Source: Candidatus Hecatella orcuttiae (lineage in GTDB: Archaea; Thermoproteota; Bathyarchaeia; Hecatellales; Hecatellaceae). Taken from it: a stretch of DNA of 64,000 nucleotides. The position numbers were made by a program, and so were the translations under genes. Below are positions 1 to 10,473 of this stretch, one piece after another (within the stretch, counting starts at the first letter, position 1; every line of letters begins with the position of its first letter). The notes under the pieces were generated by a model that searched no databases, was not told the origin of the DNA, and was given only the letters and a program-made list of their open reading frames with translations. The stretch lies in the NCBI GenBank assembly GCA_002011035.2, contig MTLY02000001.1, positions 96,001 to 160,000 on the forward strand, in the 5' to 3' direction.

Positions 1-1106
1 TTAGCCATCACCGGAATTCCGTAACCTTCAGGAGCGTTCTCGGAGGCTGAACGCACAACTCCACTATGTCCTGGAACAAGCCAAGTTATGACTTCCTTCT
101 TTGACAGCGGGTATCCCAGTTCATGGTACTTCGGCATTACAATAGTGGTCACATGGGGATAGTACATCATGTAGGTGGCGTTTTCCAAGTACCACTCTTT
201 TCCAGCTTGAATGCTGAATATCCATTCGATAGCAGCAGGGTTCATGTAGTTCCTATACAGCTCGATCATATCCTCTACAGCTCTAATAGATTCCTTGCTG
301 TCCACATTGATCGTCCTACGGGAGTCATACTTCCAGAAGTCGCCCCCGTTGCAATGCAACCACACAAGGTAGTGGGTTAGAAGATATCCTTGCCTGAATC
401 CTGCCGCATAGGGGTAATAGCCTTCCTTGCCTTTAAAGTGGTTCTTCAGCAATTCAAGCTGCTCCAACCATTCTTCAAACGTCGTAGGCCAGCTTAGCCC
501 TACTTCCTTCAAATGGGTTAGGTTAGCGTTGAGGGTGAAAACCTCGTACATTCTTGGCAGAGCGTAGTATCTGTCTTTATAGGTTACAGTTTCCCGGGCG
601 TAGGGCACTATGTCCTTGTCTACTTCTGGAGGGATCTCTATTCCCAGCTCGTCCAGAGGGGTGAAGAATTCCAGAAACTCTTGAAGCCAAGCTCCCCATT
701 CATAGGTTACGTCGTAGGCATAGGTTCCAGCTGCGAAGGTTGTGGCTAGCTTATCATGCATGGTCACGAAGTCGTCCGTGAAAATGTTGATCTTTGTTCC
801 AGTAACCTCTTCGTATCTGGATATGTTTTCCTCGTAATTGTAGTACCATCCACTGTGAGCAGACGTATAGAAGTTTAGCTCCGGAACCGATACAAGACCC
901 CACTGATCAATAGGCGCCTTAAACGTATCCGCAACAACCGGAGTTGGAGTTGGTGTAGGGGTAGGGGTTGGTGTAGGCGTGGGTGTAGGCGCAGGCGCAG
1001 GCCTCATGGCTTGCCATGCAGCGTAGCCGCCCACGCCAGCGACAACAGCAGCGGCGATGGCGGCGATGCCGTATTTCATCGCACTTCTACGAGACTGACT
1101 TGTCAT
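1..1106 (-). CDS. Extracellular solute-binding protein (carbohydrate ABC type), 3'-partial; not in ORF track
   Basis: Hand translation from ATG 1106 (GGTGA SD upstream) is open to the window edge: [43 protein letters not shown]...GTKINIFTDDFVTMHDKLATTFAAG..YDV...YYALP. Confidence 0.85.
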   Translation of the reverse strand, partial: MTSQSRRSAMKYGIAAIAAAVVAGVGGYAAWQAMRPAPAPTPTPTPTPTPTPTPTPVVADTFKAPIDQWGLVSVPELNFYTSAHSGWYYNYEENISRYEEVTGTKINIFTDDFVTMHDKLATTFAAGTYAYDVTYEWGAWLQEFLEFFTPLDELGIEIPPEVDKDIVPYARETVTYKDRYYALPRMYEVFTLNANLTHLKEVGLSWPTTFEEWLEQLELLKNHFKGKEGYYPYAAGFRQGYLLTHYLVWLHCNGGDFWKYDSRRTINVDSKESIRAVEDMIELYRNYMNPAAIEWIFSIQAGKEWYLENATYMMYYPHVTTIVMPKYHELGYPLSKKEVITWLVPGHSGVVRSASENAPEGYGIPVMA

Positions 1107-1145
1107 TTCATTTTCACCTTCCATCCTTTTTATTTTAAAGAAAAT

Positions 1146-1162
1146 TAATATAAAACTTTCGG
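1146..1162 (-). promoter_or_regulatory. BRE/TATA promoter of the SBP gene
   Basis: Minus strand CCGAAAGTTTTATATTA; the same GAAAGTTTTATA core lies upstream of the LIV SBP at about 7889-7900. Confidence 0.6.
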
Positions 1163-1329
1163 TATAAAATCACACTCAATAACAAACCATGTTTAACAAG
1201 AACTTTATACTTCCCAGCAACAATTTCTGGTATTCTCAAGTAAAGATTTAAACATAAAACTAATATCTATGCTAAGATTTCTCTCCCCTACAGTCAAATT
1301 TAATCAGCAGTCAACTGGAAGGTTTCGCG

Positions 1330-2391
1330 CTGAAAACTAAAAGCCAATGTTTAGCGGTCAGGAAAAAAGACTGCGAGTTTGCCCTACGCTTGCTTAAGGA
1401 GCATGCTTTCCTGAAACGTGAGATGAAAATCTCCGTCGAAGGAGAACTGGCTTTTATTCCTATAAAAGAAGCTCCTCCTCGAAATCTTCTGAATAATGCT
1501 GGGCTAGGCTACGTGAATGTGGTGGAGAAAATCGTAGAAGCTGGGAAGACGATTCAGAATTTTACTAGTGCCTTAGAAAAAGTTATTCCTTCCAAATTAA
1601 AACCGTTGATTCCGCGATCCCTAGACATCATCGGCCATGTGGCCATCGTAGAGCTGCCGCCAGAGCTGGAACCCTACGCGGAAGCTTTGGGCAAGACAGT
1701 TATGGAGACCCACAGAAACGTCAAAACGGTCCTAGCTAAAACATCCCAAGTAGACAGTCCTTTTCGGCTGAGAAAGTTCAAGCTCATTTCCGGCATAGAT
1801 CAAACGGAAACCGTTCACCGAGAGTTTGGATGCCGTTTCGTCGTGGATGTAAGGAAAGTCTACTTCAGCCCTAGACTGAGCTTCGAACATGACAGAGTTT
1901 CAGCTCAGATAGGTGAAGGGGAAACCGTGGTTGATATGTTCGCAGGAGTAGGCCCTTTCTCAATTCTCACAGCTAAAAGAAGGAAGAAGGTCAAAGTCTA
2001 CGCCATAGACGCCAATCCCGAAGCTTACAGTTATCTGCTGAGAAACATCGCCATTAACAAAGTTGATAGCAAGGTCACCGCTCTGCTTGGCGACATCCAA
2101 AGACTCTTGGAGAAAAACCTAAGGGGGGTGAAGGCTGACAGAGTCATAATGAACCTTCCCTCTGAAGCCTTTCGCTTTCTCCCTCAAGCTTTAACCTTGC
2201 TCAAGGCCGAGGGCATCGTCCACTATTATTGCTTTGCAAAGGAGCCGAACCCATTGGAGAAAGCGGAGGAAGAAGTGAAGAAAACTGTCGCCTTCTCCGG
2301 GTGGAAAGCGGATGTCCTTTATGCCCGGCGTGTCAAGCCTTCGGCTCCAAGAACATGGATGGTAGCCTTAGACCTCAGATTCACCCTCTAA
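1330..2391 (+). CDS. trm5: tRNA (guanine37-N1)-methyltransferase, Trm5/Taw family
   Basis: DIIGHVAI, VYFSPRL, VVDMFAGVGPF (SAM motif), RVIMNLP. Frame extends upstream of TTG 1390 to a CTG at 1330 with GAAGGT SD. Confidence 0.88.
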   Translation: MKTKSQCLAVRKKDCEFALRLLKEHAFLKREMKISVEGELAFIPIKEAPPRNLLNNAGLGYVNVVEKIVEAGKTIQNFTSALEKVIPSKLKPLIPRSLDIIGHVAIVELPPELEPYAEALGKTVMETHRNVKTVLAKTSQVDSPFRLRKFKLISGIDQTETVHREFGCRFVVDVRKVYFSPRLSFEHDRVSAQIGEGETVVDMFAGVGPFSILTAKRRKKVKVYAIDANPEAYSYLLRNIAINKVDSKVTALLGDIQRLLEKNLRGVKADRVIMNLPSEAFRFLPQALTLLKAEGIVHYYCFAKEPNPLEKAEEEVKKTVAFSGWKADVLYARRVKPSAPRTWMVALDLRFTL

Positions 2392-2821
2392 CTTCGACTG
2401 TCAGCTCGATGACGACGGAGACGTCAGCTCTCGACAGTTTGGCGACTAATTCTCTGGACAAATCCGCCGCCGCCTTATCCGCTCTAACCATGACCGTTCG
2501 TGGACAAATATAGTTGCTTTTTCTAACCACCAAATCGGTAGGATGCGAAAAAGACAGACGGGGATCTCCCCAGCCTCGGACGAGTTCCCTCTCCCCTTCA
2601 ACCTTGACTGTTAAGGTGAGTTTGGCTTCGCTCTTCCGGGCTAGTTGTTTAAACTTTGAGCTGAGTTCAGCTGCTCCCTTGTTGGCACCCACGGCTATGA
2701 TGCAGTCCCCTCGAAGGGAGAGACATTCTTCCTTGGTGACCTCTAGGGTTGTTCTGTGAGTTGCTCGGACAGCCTTATGGCCTCGCGCTGTGAAGACTTC
2801 CACTACTTTCATGAGAAACAA
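2381..2821 (-). CDS. DUF371 family conserved archaeal protein
   Basis: ARGH..VRATHRTTLEVTKE..L..RGDCII, VVRKS..ICPRT, ADKAAADL motifs. Confidence 0.85.
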   Translation of the reverse strand: MFLMKVVEVFTARGHKAVRATHRTTLEVTKEECLSLRGDCIIAVGANKGAAELSSKFKQLARKSEAKLTLTVKVEGERELVRGWGDPRLSFSHPTDLVVRKSNYICPRTVMVRADKAAADLSRELVAKLSRADVSVVIELTVEVRG

Positions 2822-2952
2822 CCATTAACCTAGGCTTCTCTCTAACCTTTCCAACTTTATCCTCGCATCGAAAGGTTTTATTTTTTCATCTCGGAAGGTT
2901 TAGACGTTCACGAGCTAAAACTCTATATGTATCCTTCCCGAATATTAATTCC

Positions 2953-3054
2953 ATGGTGCTCATAAGCATTCGTGAAGTTTTCATCATTATCGCCGTAATT
3001 TTCGTACTCATCGTATTCCTGCCATGGCTTGCAAAGAAGAGAAAGGAAATGTAA
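2953..3054 (+). CDS. 33-aa single-pass membrane micro-protein (below ORF-track cutoff)
   Basis: MVLISIREVFIIIAVIFVLIVFLPWLAKKRKEM*; hydrophobic helix plus basic tail; TATA-like AAAACTCTATATG about 25-35 nt upstream. Confidence 0.5.
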   Translation: MVLISIREVFIIIAVIFVLIVFLPWLAKKRKEM

Positions 3055-3157
3055 GTGCGAAAAATATTTAACAGATTTTTCCGTTTAACGGCTGAAACTG
3101 CAGCGTCCCGTAGCTTGAATAAATCAACTTGCAGTAAAAACCTTGAGTACGGATGCT

Positions 3158-3856
3158 TTACATACCCAAATAAGATTTTCTCACAAAATCCGAGTCTAGA
3201 AGGTTAGTGCCCTCCGCAACTATACTTCCGTTCTCAAGGACGTAGGCTCTATCTGCCGAGGAAAGAGCCAACCGTACGTTTTGCTCAACCAGCAGTATCG
3301 TTAATCCTCGTTTCTTAAGCTCTTTTATCACATTATGAATTTTCTGCACCAATAGTGGTGCAAGACCTTGCGAGAATTCGTCGATAAGGAGGATGTTCGG
3401 ATCAGCCATGAGACTTCTTGCAATGGCTAACATTTGCTGCTCGCCTCCGCTAAGTGTTCCTGCAAGTTGCATACTACGCTCTTTTAGCACAGGAAACAAC
3501 TCGTAGACCATTTTCAAATTTTCATCCTTCTTTAACTTAGCACGTTTCAGGTAGCAACCCATTTCCAAATTCTCCTTGACCGTCATAGCTGGGAAAAGCC
3601 GCCGCCCCTCAGGTATATGTCCAATACCAAGCGCTGCGATGGAGTGAGGCGGAAGTTCATCTATTCTTTTACCCATAAACGTTATCTTTCCCGTCTTCGG
3701 ATGAAGTAAACCGGAGATAGTTCTCATCAGAGTTGTTTTTCCGGCTCCGTTTGAACCCACGACAGCTACGTATTCTCCTTCATCAATTTTTATGGAAACA
3801 TCTCTCAGCGCTTGCGCGTCTCCATAATAAACACTGATCCTGTCTACTTCAAGCAT
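3158..3856 (-). CDS. livF: Branched-chain amino acid-type ABC transporter ATPase
   Basis: GSNGAGKTT, PEGRRLF, LSGGEQQMLAIAR, LLVEQN. Confidence 0.92.
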   Translation of the reverse strand: MLEVDRISVYYGDAQALRDVSIKIDEGEYVAVVGSNGAGKTTLMRTISGLLHPKTGKITFMGKRIDELPPHSIAALGIGHIPEGRRLFPAMTVKENLEMGCYLKRAKLKKDENLKMVYELFPVLKERSMQLAGTLSGGEQQMLAIARSLMADPNILLIDEFSQGLAPLLVQKIHNVIKELKKRGLTILLVEQNVRLALSSADRAYVLENGSIVAEGTNLLDSDFVRKSYLGM

Positions 3857-4574
3857 ACTCGCCCACCCCCAGATAGGCTTCTATAACCTTCTTGTCTTGA
3901 GATACTTCTTTAGGGGTGCCATCGGCTATAACTTCCCCTTGGTGTAACACTACAACCCTCTCTGAAACGGACATCACGGCTTTCATCACATGTTCCACCA
4001 TGAGAACGGTGACACCTCTCTGCGCAATCTCACGGATGATCTTAAGACCTTCTTCAATTTCTGCAGGAGTCAACCCAGCTAATACCTCGTCGAGAAGCAG
4101 AAGTTTAGGATTGACAGCTAAGGCTCTGGCGAGCTCAAGGCGCTTCCTGTTCTGAAGGGTTAAACTGGCAGCGGGAACATGGGACAGCTTATAGAGACCA
4201 GTTAGCTTCAAGATATTTTGGCAGTAGGCTTCCAAGTCCTGATCCCCCAGCCGGCGGCTGAATATTGCAGGAGTCATAACGTTATCCATCACTGTTAGGC
4301 TGTGGAATGGCTTCACTATCTGAAATGTCCGCCCGATTCCCATTCGACAGATTTTAGTTGGCGTAAAGCTAGTGATGCGTTTTCCGTCAAATAATATCTC
4401 ACCCGCATCGGGTTTATAAAAGCCGCAAATAACATTGAACAAGGTTGTCTTCCCAGAGCCGTTAGGCCCGATGAGGCCTATGATACCTCCTTTCTCGATG
4501 TTGAGGGTTACGCCTCTCAGGGCTGTTAATCCTCCAAACCTCTTGGACACGTTCCTCAGTTCAAGAAGACTCAC
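3849..4574 (-). CDS. livG: Branched-chain amino acid-type ABC transporter ATPase
   Basis: GPNGSGKTT, RTFQ, LLLDE, VEH, C-terminal VIEAYLG. Confidence 0.92.
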   Translation of the reverse strand: MSLLELRNVSKRFGGLTALRGVTLNIEKGGIIGLIGPNGSGKTTLFNVICGFYKPDAGEILFDGKRITSFTPTKICRMGIGRTFQIVKPFHSLTVMDNVMTPAIFSRRLGDQDLEAYCQNILKLTGLYKLSHVPAASLTLQNRKRLELARALAVNPKLLLLDEVLAGLTPAEIEEGLKIIREIAQRGVTVLMVEHVMKAVMSVSERVVVLHQGEVIADGTPKEVSQDKKVIEAYLGVGEYA

Positions 4575-5556
4575 GTTTTAACAACCTCTGAATTTTCTTA
4601 AAGAAGATTGGAGCAGATGAACGTCCAGAGAGGGCCCCCACAATGCCTTCAGGCATAAATCTGAAGACTACAACGAGCATGATGGCCATGAGAAGTAGGG
4701 AGCCTCTCATGAAGAAAGTTTTACCTATCTCTTCGAAGATCAGGACGAGTACAGCACCCACTATCGGTCCGGCGAAAGTGGAAGCCCCTCCTATAACTGC
4801 CATAACGATCACTTTGAATATCCAAGAGAATTCAAAGGCACTGTAAGGATCAACAAAGACCTTATATTGAGCAAAAAAACCTCCAGCCAGCCCAGCTAGA
4901 AAGGCGTGGATCATGAAGGCTATGGTCCTGTAGAGGGTCGTGTTTATTCCCATCATTCTCGCTGCATCGTAATTATCGCGAACGGAAACAAAGGCTAAAC
5001 CCAGCCTAGAATTGATAATTTTGTAAAATACAATAATCGCGCTGAAGCCCAAGATTAGGGCTCCAAAATAGTCAAAAGCTGGAGGGTAAGGATGCTCTAC
5101 AAATATACCTGCTCCAGCATTTGTAACAGCGGGAAAACCGAGGATAAGTGTTCTGGCAATTTCCGCAACCGCCCATGTGCCCAAGGCGAAATACCAACCT
5201 CTTATATGCAGAAGAGGATAAGCTACGATCAACGCAAACAAAGCGGCCATGCAGCCCCCTAACAGAATGTTGAAAGGTATAACGATATCTATGTTATGAA
5301 AACTAAGCAGAGCCACCGTATAGCCACCCACGCCGAAGAAGCCGATGTGGCCGAAGGTGAATTCTCCAGCATATCCGCTGAGTATACTCCAGCTGATAGC
5401 CAGGACGATGTAAACCATGAGGAAAATGATGAGGCTTGAGATGTATGCGCCTATTAGTCCGACCATGAACATGGCTGTGAGGATTGCGAAGCATATTATG
5501 GTCAAAACGTAAACGTTACCGAATCTACCTAGAGGGATGCTTCTGAACTTAGGCAT
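4561..5556 (-). CDS. livM: LIV-type ABC permease
   Basis: GYAGEFTFGH, YFALGT, SRLGLAF..VRDN..AA..MGIN, GG..TFAGP. Confidence 0.9.
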   Translation of the reverse strand: MPKFRSIPLGRFGNVYVLTIICFAILTAMFMVGLIGAYISSLIIFLMVYIVLAISWSILSGYAGEFTFGHIGFFGVGGYTVALLSFHNIDIVIPFNILLGGCMAALFALIVAYPLLHIRGWYFALGTWAVAEIARTLILGFPAVTNAGAGIFVEHPYPPAFDYFGALILGFSAIIVFYKIINSRLGLAFVSVRDNYDAARMMGINTTLYRTIAFMIHAFLAGLAGGFFAQYKVFVDPYSAFEFSWIFKVIVMAVIGGASTFAGPIVGAVLVLIFEEIGKTFFMRGSLLLMAIMLVVVFRFMPEGIVGALSGRSSAPIFFKKIQRLLKRESS

Positions 5557-6427
5557 AGACTTCCACTTTCCCTAGAATGCCTCTGGGTCTGAGAAGTAAA
5601 ACTAGGAATAGAATTACGTAGACAACAGTATCCCGGAAAACTCCGCCGAACACGTAAATTCCTATATTCTCAAGTAAACCGACAATTATTCCCGCTATAA
5701 AGGGGCCGGCGATGCTTCCCATACCTCCGAGAATGAGCACTATAAAACCTCTGACTGTGAAAGCTATCCCCAACCCGGGGTTAAGGACATGGGTGAGAAT
5801 CCAAAGCAACCCTGCCACGGATGCAAGGGCTGTGGAGAGGCCGAAAGTCAAGTAGGCCGTTTTCTCAAAGTTAACCCCCAGCATCATAGCCGCTTCTCTG
5901 TCTTGAGTGCAGGCTCTGATGGCTCTTCCAAGGCCTGTTCGGCTGAGGGTGAGATGGAGTAGAACAGCTACGGCAACCGCCATCAGCAAAGCCAGAACAC
6001 GCATGAGATTGACCAGAACGCCCCCTACCATGAAATTTAGTGCAGTATAACTGGTTTCTATCGACCTGAGGTTAGGAGACCAGACGATGAATTCGGATTG
6101 CATGATTACAAGGGCTAGGCCGAAGGTGATGACCATGGAGGCGGAACTTTGAAGCTCAACTTTTCTGATAGACGGGCCCACAATGAACTTTTGAATAAAC
6201 ATTCCTGCCCCAAGGGTTAGAGGTACGATTATGACGAGAGATAAAAGAGGGTCTAGGCCGAAAAGAGTGAACAGCCAAAAACTGATCATCGCTCCGAAAA
6301 TCATGAGATCCCCATGGGTATAGTTGATGATCCTCATCACACCGATTATCTGGCTTAGTCCTATGGCTATCAGCGAATAAATACTACCCTCAAGAATACC
6401 ACTTATCAAAACTTCAGGAGGTATCAT
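5549..6427 (-). CDS. livH: LIV-type ABC permease
   Basis: YSLIAIGL..I.GVM.IIN..HG, TGLGRAIRA..QD.EAA...G, GG.GSI.G. Confidence 0.9.
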   Translation of the reverse strand: MIPPEVLISGILEGSIYSLIAIGLSQIIGVMRIINYTHGDLMIFGAMISFWLFTLFGLDPLLSLVIIVPLTLGAGMFIQKFIVGPSIRKVELQSSASMVITFGLALVIMQSEFIVWSPNLRSIETSYTALNFMVGGVLVNLMRVLALLMAVAVAVLLHLTLSRTGLGRAIRACTQDREAAMMLGVNFEKTAYLTFGLSTALASVAGLLWILTHVLNPGLGIAFTVRGFIVLILGGMGSIAGPFIAGIIVGLLENIGIYVFGGVFRDTVVYVILFLVLLLRPRGILGKVEVYA

Positions 6428-6439
6428 CCTCAGGACACC

Positions 6440-6453
6440 AAAAAATAAAAAAA
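6440..6453 (-). terminator. Oligo-U tract between the SBP and the first permease (possible partial terminator)
   Basis: Minus strand TTTTTTTATTTTTT just downstream of the SBP stop; typical of archaeal terminators. Confidence 0.35.
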
Positions 6454-6471
6454 ATGGATGGACCGGCTATT

Positions 6472-7851
6472 TCAGCCTTTAGGAGTATACCGCGGTTTAG
6501 CATCGGCTATTTCCAGCGGCCAAACGATTTTCGGCCATCCATCTTGGTATTGAGCCCACGAGAATCTCATCTTCGTATTAGTACCGTCTTCGGCCAACAG
6601 CACATCTCCTACAACCGTGGTGATGGTATGCTTCCTCACGAAAGATGCAAGTTCATCATCATCCAACGTTCCAGCTGCATTGATGTATCTCGCCGCTGCT
6701 TCTAGTTGGACGAAGGTTGTAGTGGCTCCGAAGGCTGAAGGAAGCGCGCCGAATTCGGCTTTATATCGCTCCCTAAACTTGTCGGCATATCCGCCATGGT
6801 ATTCCTCAGACCACACAGCATATCCGTAGGTCATGACTCCTTCGGCTATTTCTGGGGTTACACCGCCCAGCTCAGGGTTTACGAACCATTCAGCATAAGT
6901 CCCTGCCTCGTTGGCGTAGAACAGGAGGTCCTTGGTCAGGTTCATCTCGACTATCAGCTTCTGAACGTCTACACCTGGACCGAACCAGGCTGAATGGTAC
7001 CAAAGGTCTGGTTTGGCTGCCTTCACTTTTTCCAATAAAGGCGTGAACTCAGCGATGAACGGGTCGTAGAGCTCAACCAGCACAGGTTCTATTCCTAACC
7101 CTCTCCATACGTCAGGCCATTTAGTTGTGTACTCAACTCCATAGGGGTTGTTTGCAAAGGTTATCGCTATGGTTTCGGGGTAGGCAGAGCCTTGGTACTC
7201 CCATTTATCCCAGTCCGCTATGAATCGGTGGAATCCATCATTCCATCCACCGGCTATACCTCCTGTTTCGACTCCCGGATTGAAAAAGTACGTGGGGTCT
7301 TCGTCTGGAGGCAACGGTGCGACCACTGTCCAAAGGGCTTTACCATGTTTTCTGGCTACAGCATAGGCTGGATGAGCCATGTAGGTGGCGTAGGGTCCTA
7401 GGAGAATGTCAACCTTGTCGCTTACTATAAGTCTCTCATACAGAGATGTGGCTTTGGGAACCTCCCCCGCATCATCGTAGATCACCAGTTCTACAGGTCT
7501 GCCTAAAATTCCCCCATCCTCATTTATGAAGTCCCGTGCCGCCTCAACGCCTCGGAGGCACAACTCACCGTCCGGTGCAAGAAAACCCGTCAAAGGTAAC
7601 GTAATACCTGCCTTCACAGGCTCAGGAGTAGGGGTAGGGGTCGGAGTGGGTGTAGGAGTTGGCGTGGGCGTAGGCGTAGGGGTCGGAGTCGGTGTCGGAG
7701 TGGGTGTAGGAGTTGGCGTGGGCGTAGGCGTAGGGGCTGGAGGTCTTGTGGTTTGCCAGGCGGCGTAGCCGCCCACACCAGCCACCACCACGGCCACAAC
7801 AGCGGCAATACCGTATTTCAGAGCTTTCCTACGGGGTTCGGAAGCTGCCAT
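6472..7851 (-). CDS. LIV-type ABC substrate-binding protein with RR/TM/Pro-Thr N-terminus
   Basis: [36 protein letters not shown]; first gene of the livKHMGF-like operon. Confidence 0.9.
   Translation of the reverse strand: MAASEPRRKALKYGIAAVVAVVVAGVGGYAAWQTTRPPAPTPTPTPTPTPTPTPTPTPTPTPTPTPTPTPTPTPTPEPVKAGITLPLTGFLAPDGELCLRGVEAARDFINEDGGILGRPVELVIYDDAGEVPKATSLYERLIVSDKVDILLGPYATYMAHPAYAVARKHGKALWTVVAPLPPDEDPTYFFNPGVETGGIAGGWNDGFHRFIADWDKWEYQGSAYPETIAITFANNPYGVEYTTKWPDVWRGLGIEPVLVELYDPFIAEFTPLLEKVKAAKPDLWYHSAWFGPGVDVQKLIVEMNLTKDLLFYANEAGTYAEWFVNPELGGVTPEIAEGVMTYGYAVWSEEYHGGYADKFRERYKAEFGALPSAFGATTTFVQLEAAARYINAAGTLDDDELASFVRKHTITTVVGDVLLAEDGTNTKMRFSWAQYQDGWPKIVWPLEIADAKPRYTPKG
7640..7736. repeat. 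43-bp exact direct repeat (period 54 bp) inside the Pro-Thr linker
   Basis: gtcggagtgggtgtaggagttggcgtgggcgtaggcgtagggg at 7640-7682 and 7694-7736. Confidence 0.85.
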
Positions 7852-8102
7852 GTTTAAACACCAACTTATCTTTATGTAAGTAACTATTTATAAAACTTTC
7901 CAAATAGAAAGATTTTTAATTAATTTTTCAAAAAATAAAATTATATACGTGGCTGAGTTTTTTACATTCACGTTAATAAACCCTATTTTTCGAAATACAG
8001 TTTCCTATCTGGGTTTTTATTTAATTATTCAAATTTCCCAATCTAGTAAAGGAGTAGCTATGCCGAAGATGATGCGAGACAGTCAAGTAAGTTGATGTTA
8101 CG

Positions 8103-9545
8103 CTACCACCAGCCTTGTTTCTTGTACCATTCCTCTGCTTCTCGAAGTATTCTGTTAATCTCTTCATCTTGGTCTTTGGGCAGGGGGGTCGGCGTGTGAG
8201 TGGAGAGGATTTCTTTAACTCTAGTCTTCGCGTTCTCTAAGGCTGTCTTTTTTCCTCCCTGAACCCACTCTGGATATGATGTTCTATCTGCCACCTTTGG
8301 TATGAACAACTCCTTTTTCCACCATCTCCGCGTATGCTCCCTGTTAAGATAATGCCCGGGAATCGGTCCGACTTCCTCTATCAAGTTCACGGCTAACGTT
8401 TCTTCACTTACGTCCATACCTTCCAAAACACGCTTAACCATGCCCATGACATCGTCGTCTAGCACCGCTATCACAGGATGCGCCGTAAGCTCCATGCTAC
8501 CTCCGCCTAAAGCACATATCACATTAGCCCCGGAGAGGGCTGCTAAAAAAGTGGAGACAGCTCGCTCATACCCGCACTGGTAGTCTACAGCCTTTCCAGA
8601 CCAGAAAAAGGCGTTTCCACACGGTATCCTATAGTGACGCCAGATCTGGTTGAAAGCCATACTGTGAAGGCAGATTTCCACGGCTCCGAAAAAAGGATGA
8701 CCTCTCTGCATGTCGATGGGAAACGTGAAATCGTAAGGAATTACCCCTATCCCCGGCCTGATGAGCTGCGCCAACACCAAAGCCGCCAACAACTCCGCAT
8801 TGGTCATCACCGTCGCTCCGGCTAACGTCACCGGGCCGGATCCCCCGTAGACAGCACCACTCCACAGTTCAACGGGAAACCCAACCTCGACGTAATCAAA
8901 AGCAGCCTCGACGGCATCGCTGTAATATGTTAAAGGCGGGGACACGGTAACGATGCCGAGAAGCTGCTGGCCGGTGGCTTTCGCCATTTTTATGTTCCAA
9001 ACCTGACATTTTTTGATTCCCCCCGCATCCATCGCCTTCGTAGAGTTTCTTATGCGGCTTGCGCACCCCATGGGCAGAGTCATGAGGGGGTGGACTCCCT
9101 GAAAGTTGTGGTGGGGGCCATAGCCCAGTATATGCACGTGTTCCAAGGCGTCGAGAACTTTAACGAAATCATCTTGATCCTGCAGGGTAGGCGTTTTAGG
9201 CTCCAAGGTGTCCAAGTCAAGGGTGTTCATTCCGCAGTTGGACATCATGTATACGGTTGTGCCACCTATTCTCACCGTGTTCTTCGGGTCTCTCGCCTTG
9301 ACAGCGAAGCTGCTGGGAGCTTTACGCAGGCATTCTTCAACCAAGTAGTCGGGGATTTTCACCAGACGTTTTTGAAAGTCAACATGGCAGCCGCTGTCGG
9401 CGAACAGTTTCAAAGCTTTATCGTGCTCAAATCTGACCCCTGTTTCTTGGAGAATGTCTAAAGTTCCCCTGTGGATTGCCTCCACCTGCTCGTCGCTTAA
9501 AATTTCCAGCGGTTTTATGTTGAGGGGAAAACCGTTTAAAACCAT
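8103..9545 (-). CDS. Trimethylamine methyltransferase (MttB) superfamily protein, non-pyrrolysine
   Basis: LS.EQ.EAIH...L.IL.ETG, AP..F...AR, SPPL, GPVTLAG, D.Q.GYE, VGP.PGHYL; no in-frame TAG. Confidence 0.9.
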   Translation of the reverse strand: MVLNGFPLNIKPLEILSDEQVEAIHRGTLDILQETGVRFEHDKALKLFADSGCHVDFQKRLVKIPDYLVEECLRKAPSSFAVKARDPKNTVRIGGTTVYMMSNCGMNTLDLDTLEPKTPTLQDQDDFVKVLDALEHVHILGYGPHHNFQGVHPLMTLPMGCASRIRNSTKAMDAGGIKKCQVWNIKMAKATGQQLLGIVTVSPPLTYYSDAVEAAFDYVEVGFPVELWSGAVYGGSGPVTLAGATVMTNAELLAALVLAQLIRPGIGVIPYDFTFPIDMQRGHPFFGAVEICLHSMAFNQIWRHYRIPCGNAFFWSGKAVDYQCGYERAVSTFLAALSGANVICALGGGSMELTAHPVIAVLDDDVMGMVKRVLEGMDVSEETLAVNLIEEVGPIPGHYLNREHTRRWWKKELFIPKVADRTSYPEWVQGGKKTALENAKTRVKEILSTHTPTPLPKDQDEEINRILREAEEWYKKQGWW

Positions 9546-9558
9546 GCTTCCCTGACCC

Positions 9559-10212
9559 CTATTCTATTCCAGCCAGTTTTTTGGCCAGTTCCGCTGCACC
9601 AGGCGCTGTGGGGGCATATCCGTCCGCGCCTATGCCCTCAGCGAACTCTTGGGTCACAGCACCCCCGCCTACCATGACCTTCACCTTATCCCTGAGTCCT
9701 TCTCTTCGCAGAGCCTCTAGGACTTTTCCCTGCTCAGGGGTTGTTATCGTCATAAGACTTGACATAGCCAGAATGTCTGGGTTATACTTTCGAACAGCCT
9801 CTAAAAATTTCTCAGCTGGAATGTCGACGCCTAGGTCGATGACCTCGAAGCCTGCGGCTGTGATCAGGGTGGACACCATTGTTTTCCCTATGTCGTGAAT
9901 ATCCCCGGCCACAGTTCCGATGACCACGGTGCCTTGAGTTTTCTGTTTTTTCCCTGCCTTCTTAATTTCCTCCTCGATGATGGGCACAGCGTTTTTCATA
10001 GCCTCCGCAGCCATCGACAGATCGATTATGAACAGCTCACCTCGACCGAAACCTTCACCTACTTTTCTGATGGCTTCGGTTAGCACATCTGCCACTGTGA
10101 GGGGGTCTATTTTCTTTTCCATGGCTTTCAAAGTTAAACTTCTTGCGTCTCCTGCGTTTCCCTCGAAAATCGCTTTCTTTAAGTTTTCTAGGATCTCGGT
10201 TTCTGCACTCAA
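9559..10212 (-). CDS. Methyltransferase cognate corrinoid (B12-binding) protein
   Basis: GTVAGDIHDIGK, DLGVD, SSLMT, MVGGG; B12 cap plus Rossmann domain. Confidence 0.93.
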   Translation of the reverse strand: MSAETEILENLKKAIFEGNAGDARSLTLKAMEKKIDPLTVADVLTEAIRKVGEGFGRGELFIIDLSMAAEAMKNAVPIIEEEIKKAGKKQKTQGTVVIGTVAGDIHDIGKTMVSTLITAAGFEVIDLGVDIPAEKFLEAVRKYNPDILAMSSLMTITTPEQGKVLEALRREGLRDKVKVMVGGGAVTQEFAEGIGADGYAPTAPGAAELAKKLAGIE

Positions 10213-10473
10213 CTATTAGGTCACCTTTGCGTTTGACTTCATTAAGTGCTAATAAGCTAATTAAAATATAATATTATTTTCCGTCACCGCCTGCAAGAAA
10301 AAAAGACTTCTACATTACAGATAAGCCTCCAATGACCGACGAGAAATAGGACGAATACGAAACAGAAAACATTGAAGGGTGCTTTCCATAAATTTTTAAA
10401 AAGTACCGCTTCCCTTGCCTATATTTATCTCTGAGATGGATTTTGACGGAAGCCTTTCAGCTGAAGACTTAAG

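Noticed and set aside
123-380. 85-aa plus-strand ORF and the many other short ORFs nested in or antisense to long genes
   Set aside because: They overlap well-supported genes and show no motifs or expression signals.
7526-7808. ORFs with GVGVGV or LRLRPR repeats (also 36139-36783, 36242-36472, 36285-36470)
   Set aside because: Antisense or alternate-frame shadows of the Pro-Thr linkers; also not CRISPR, as there are no unique spacers.
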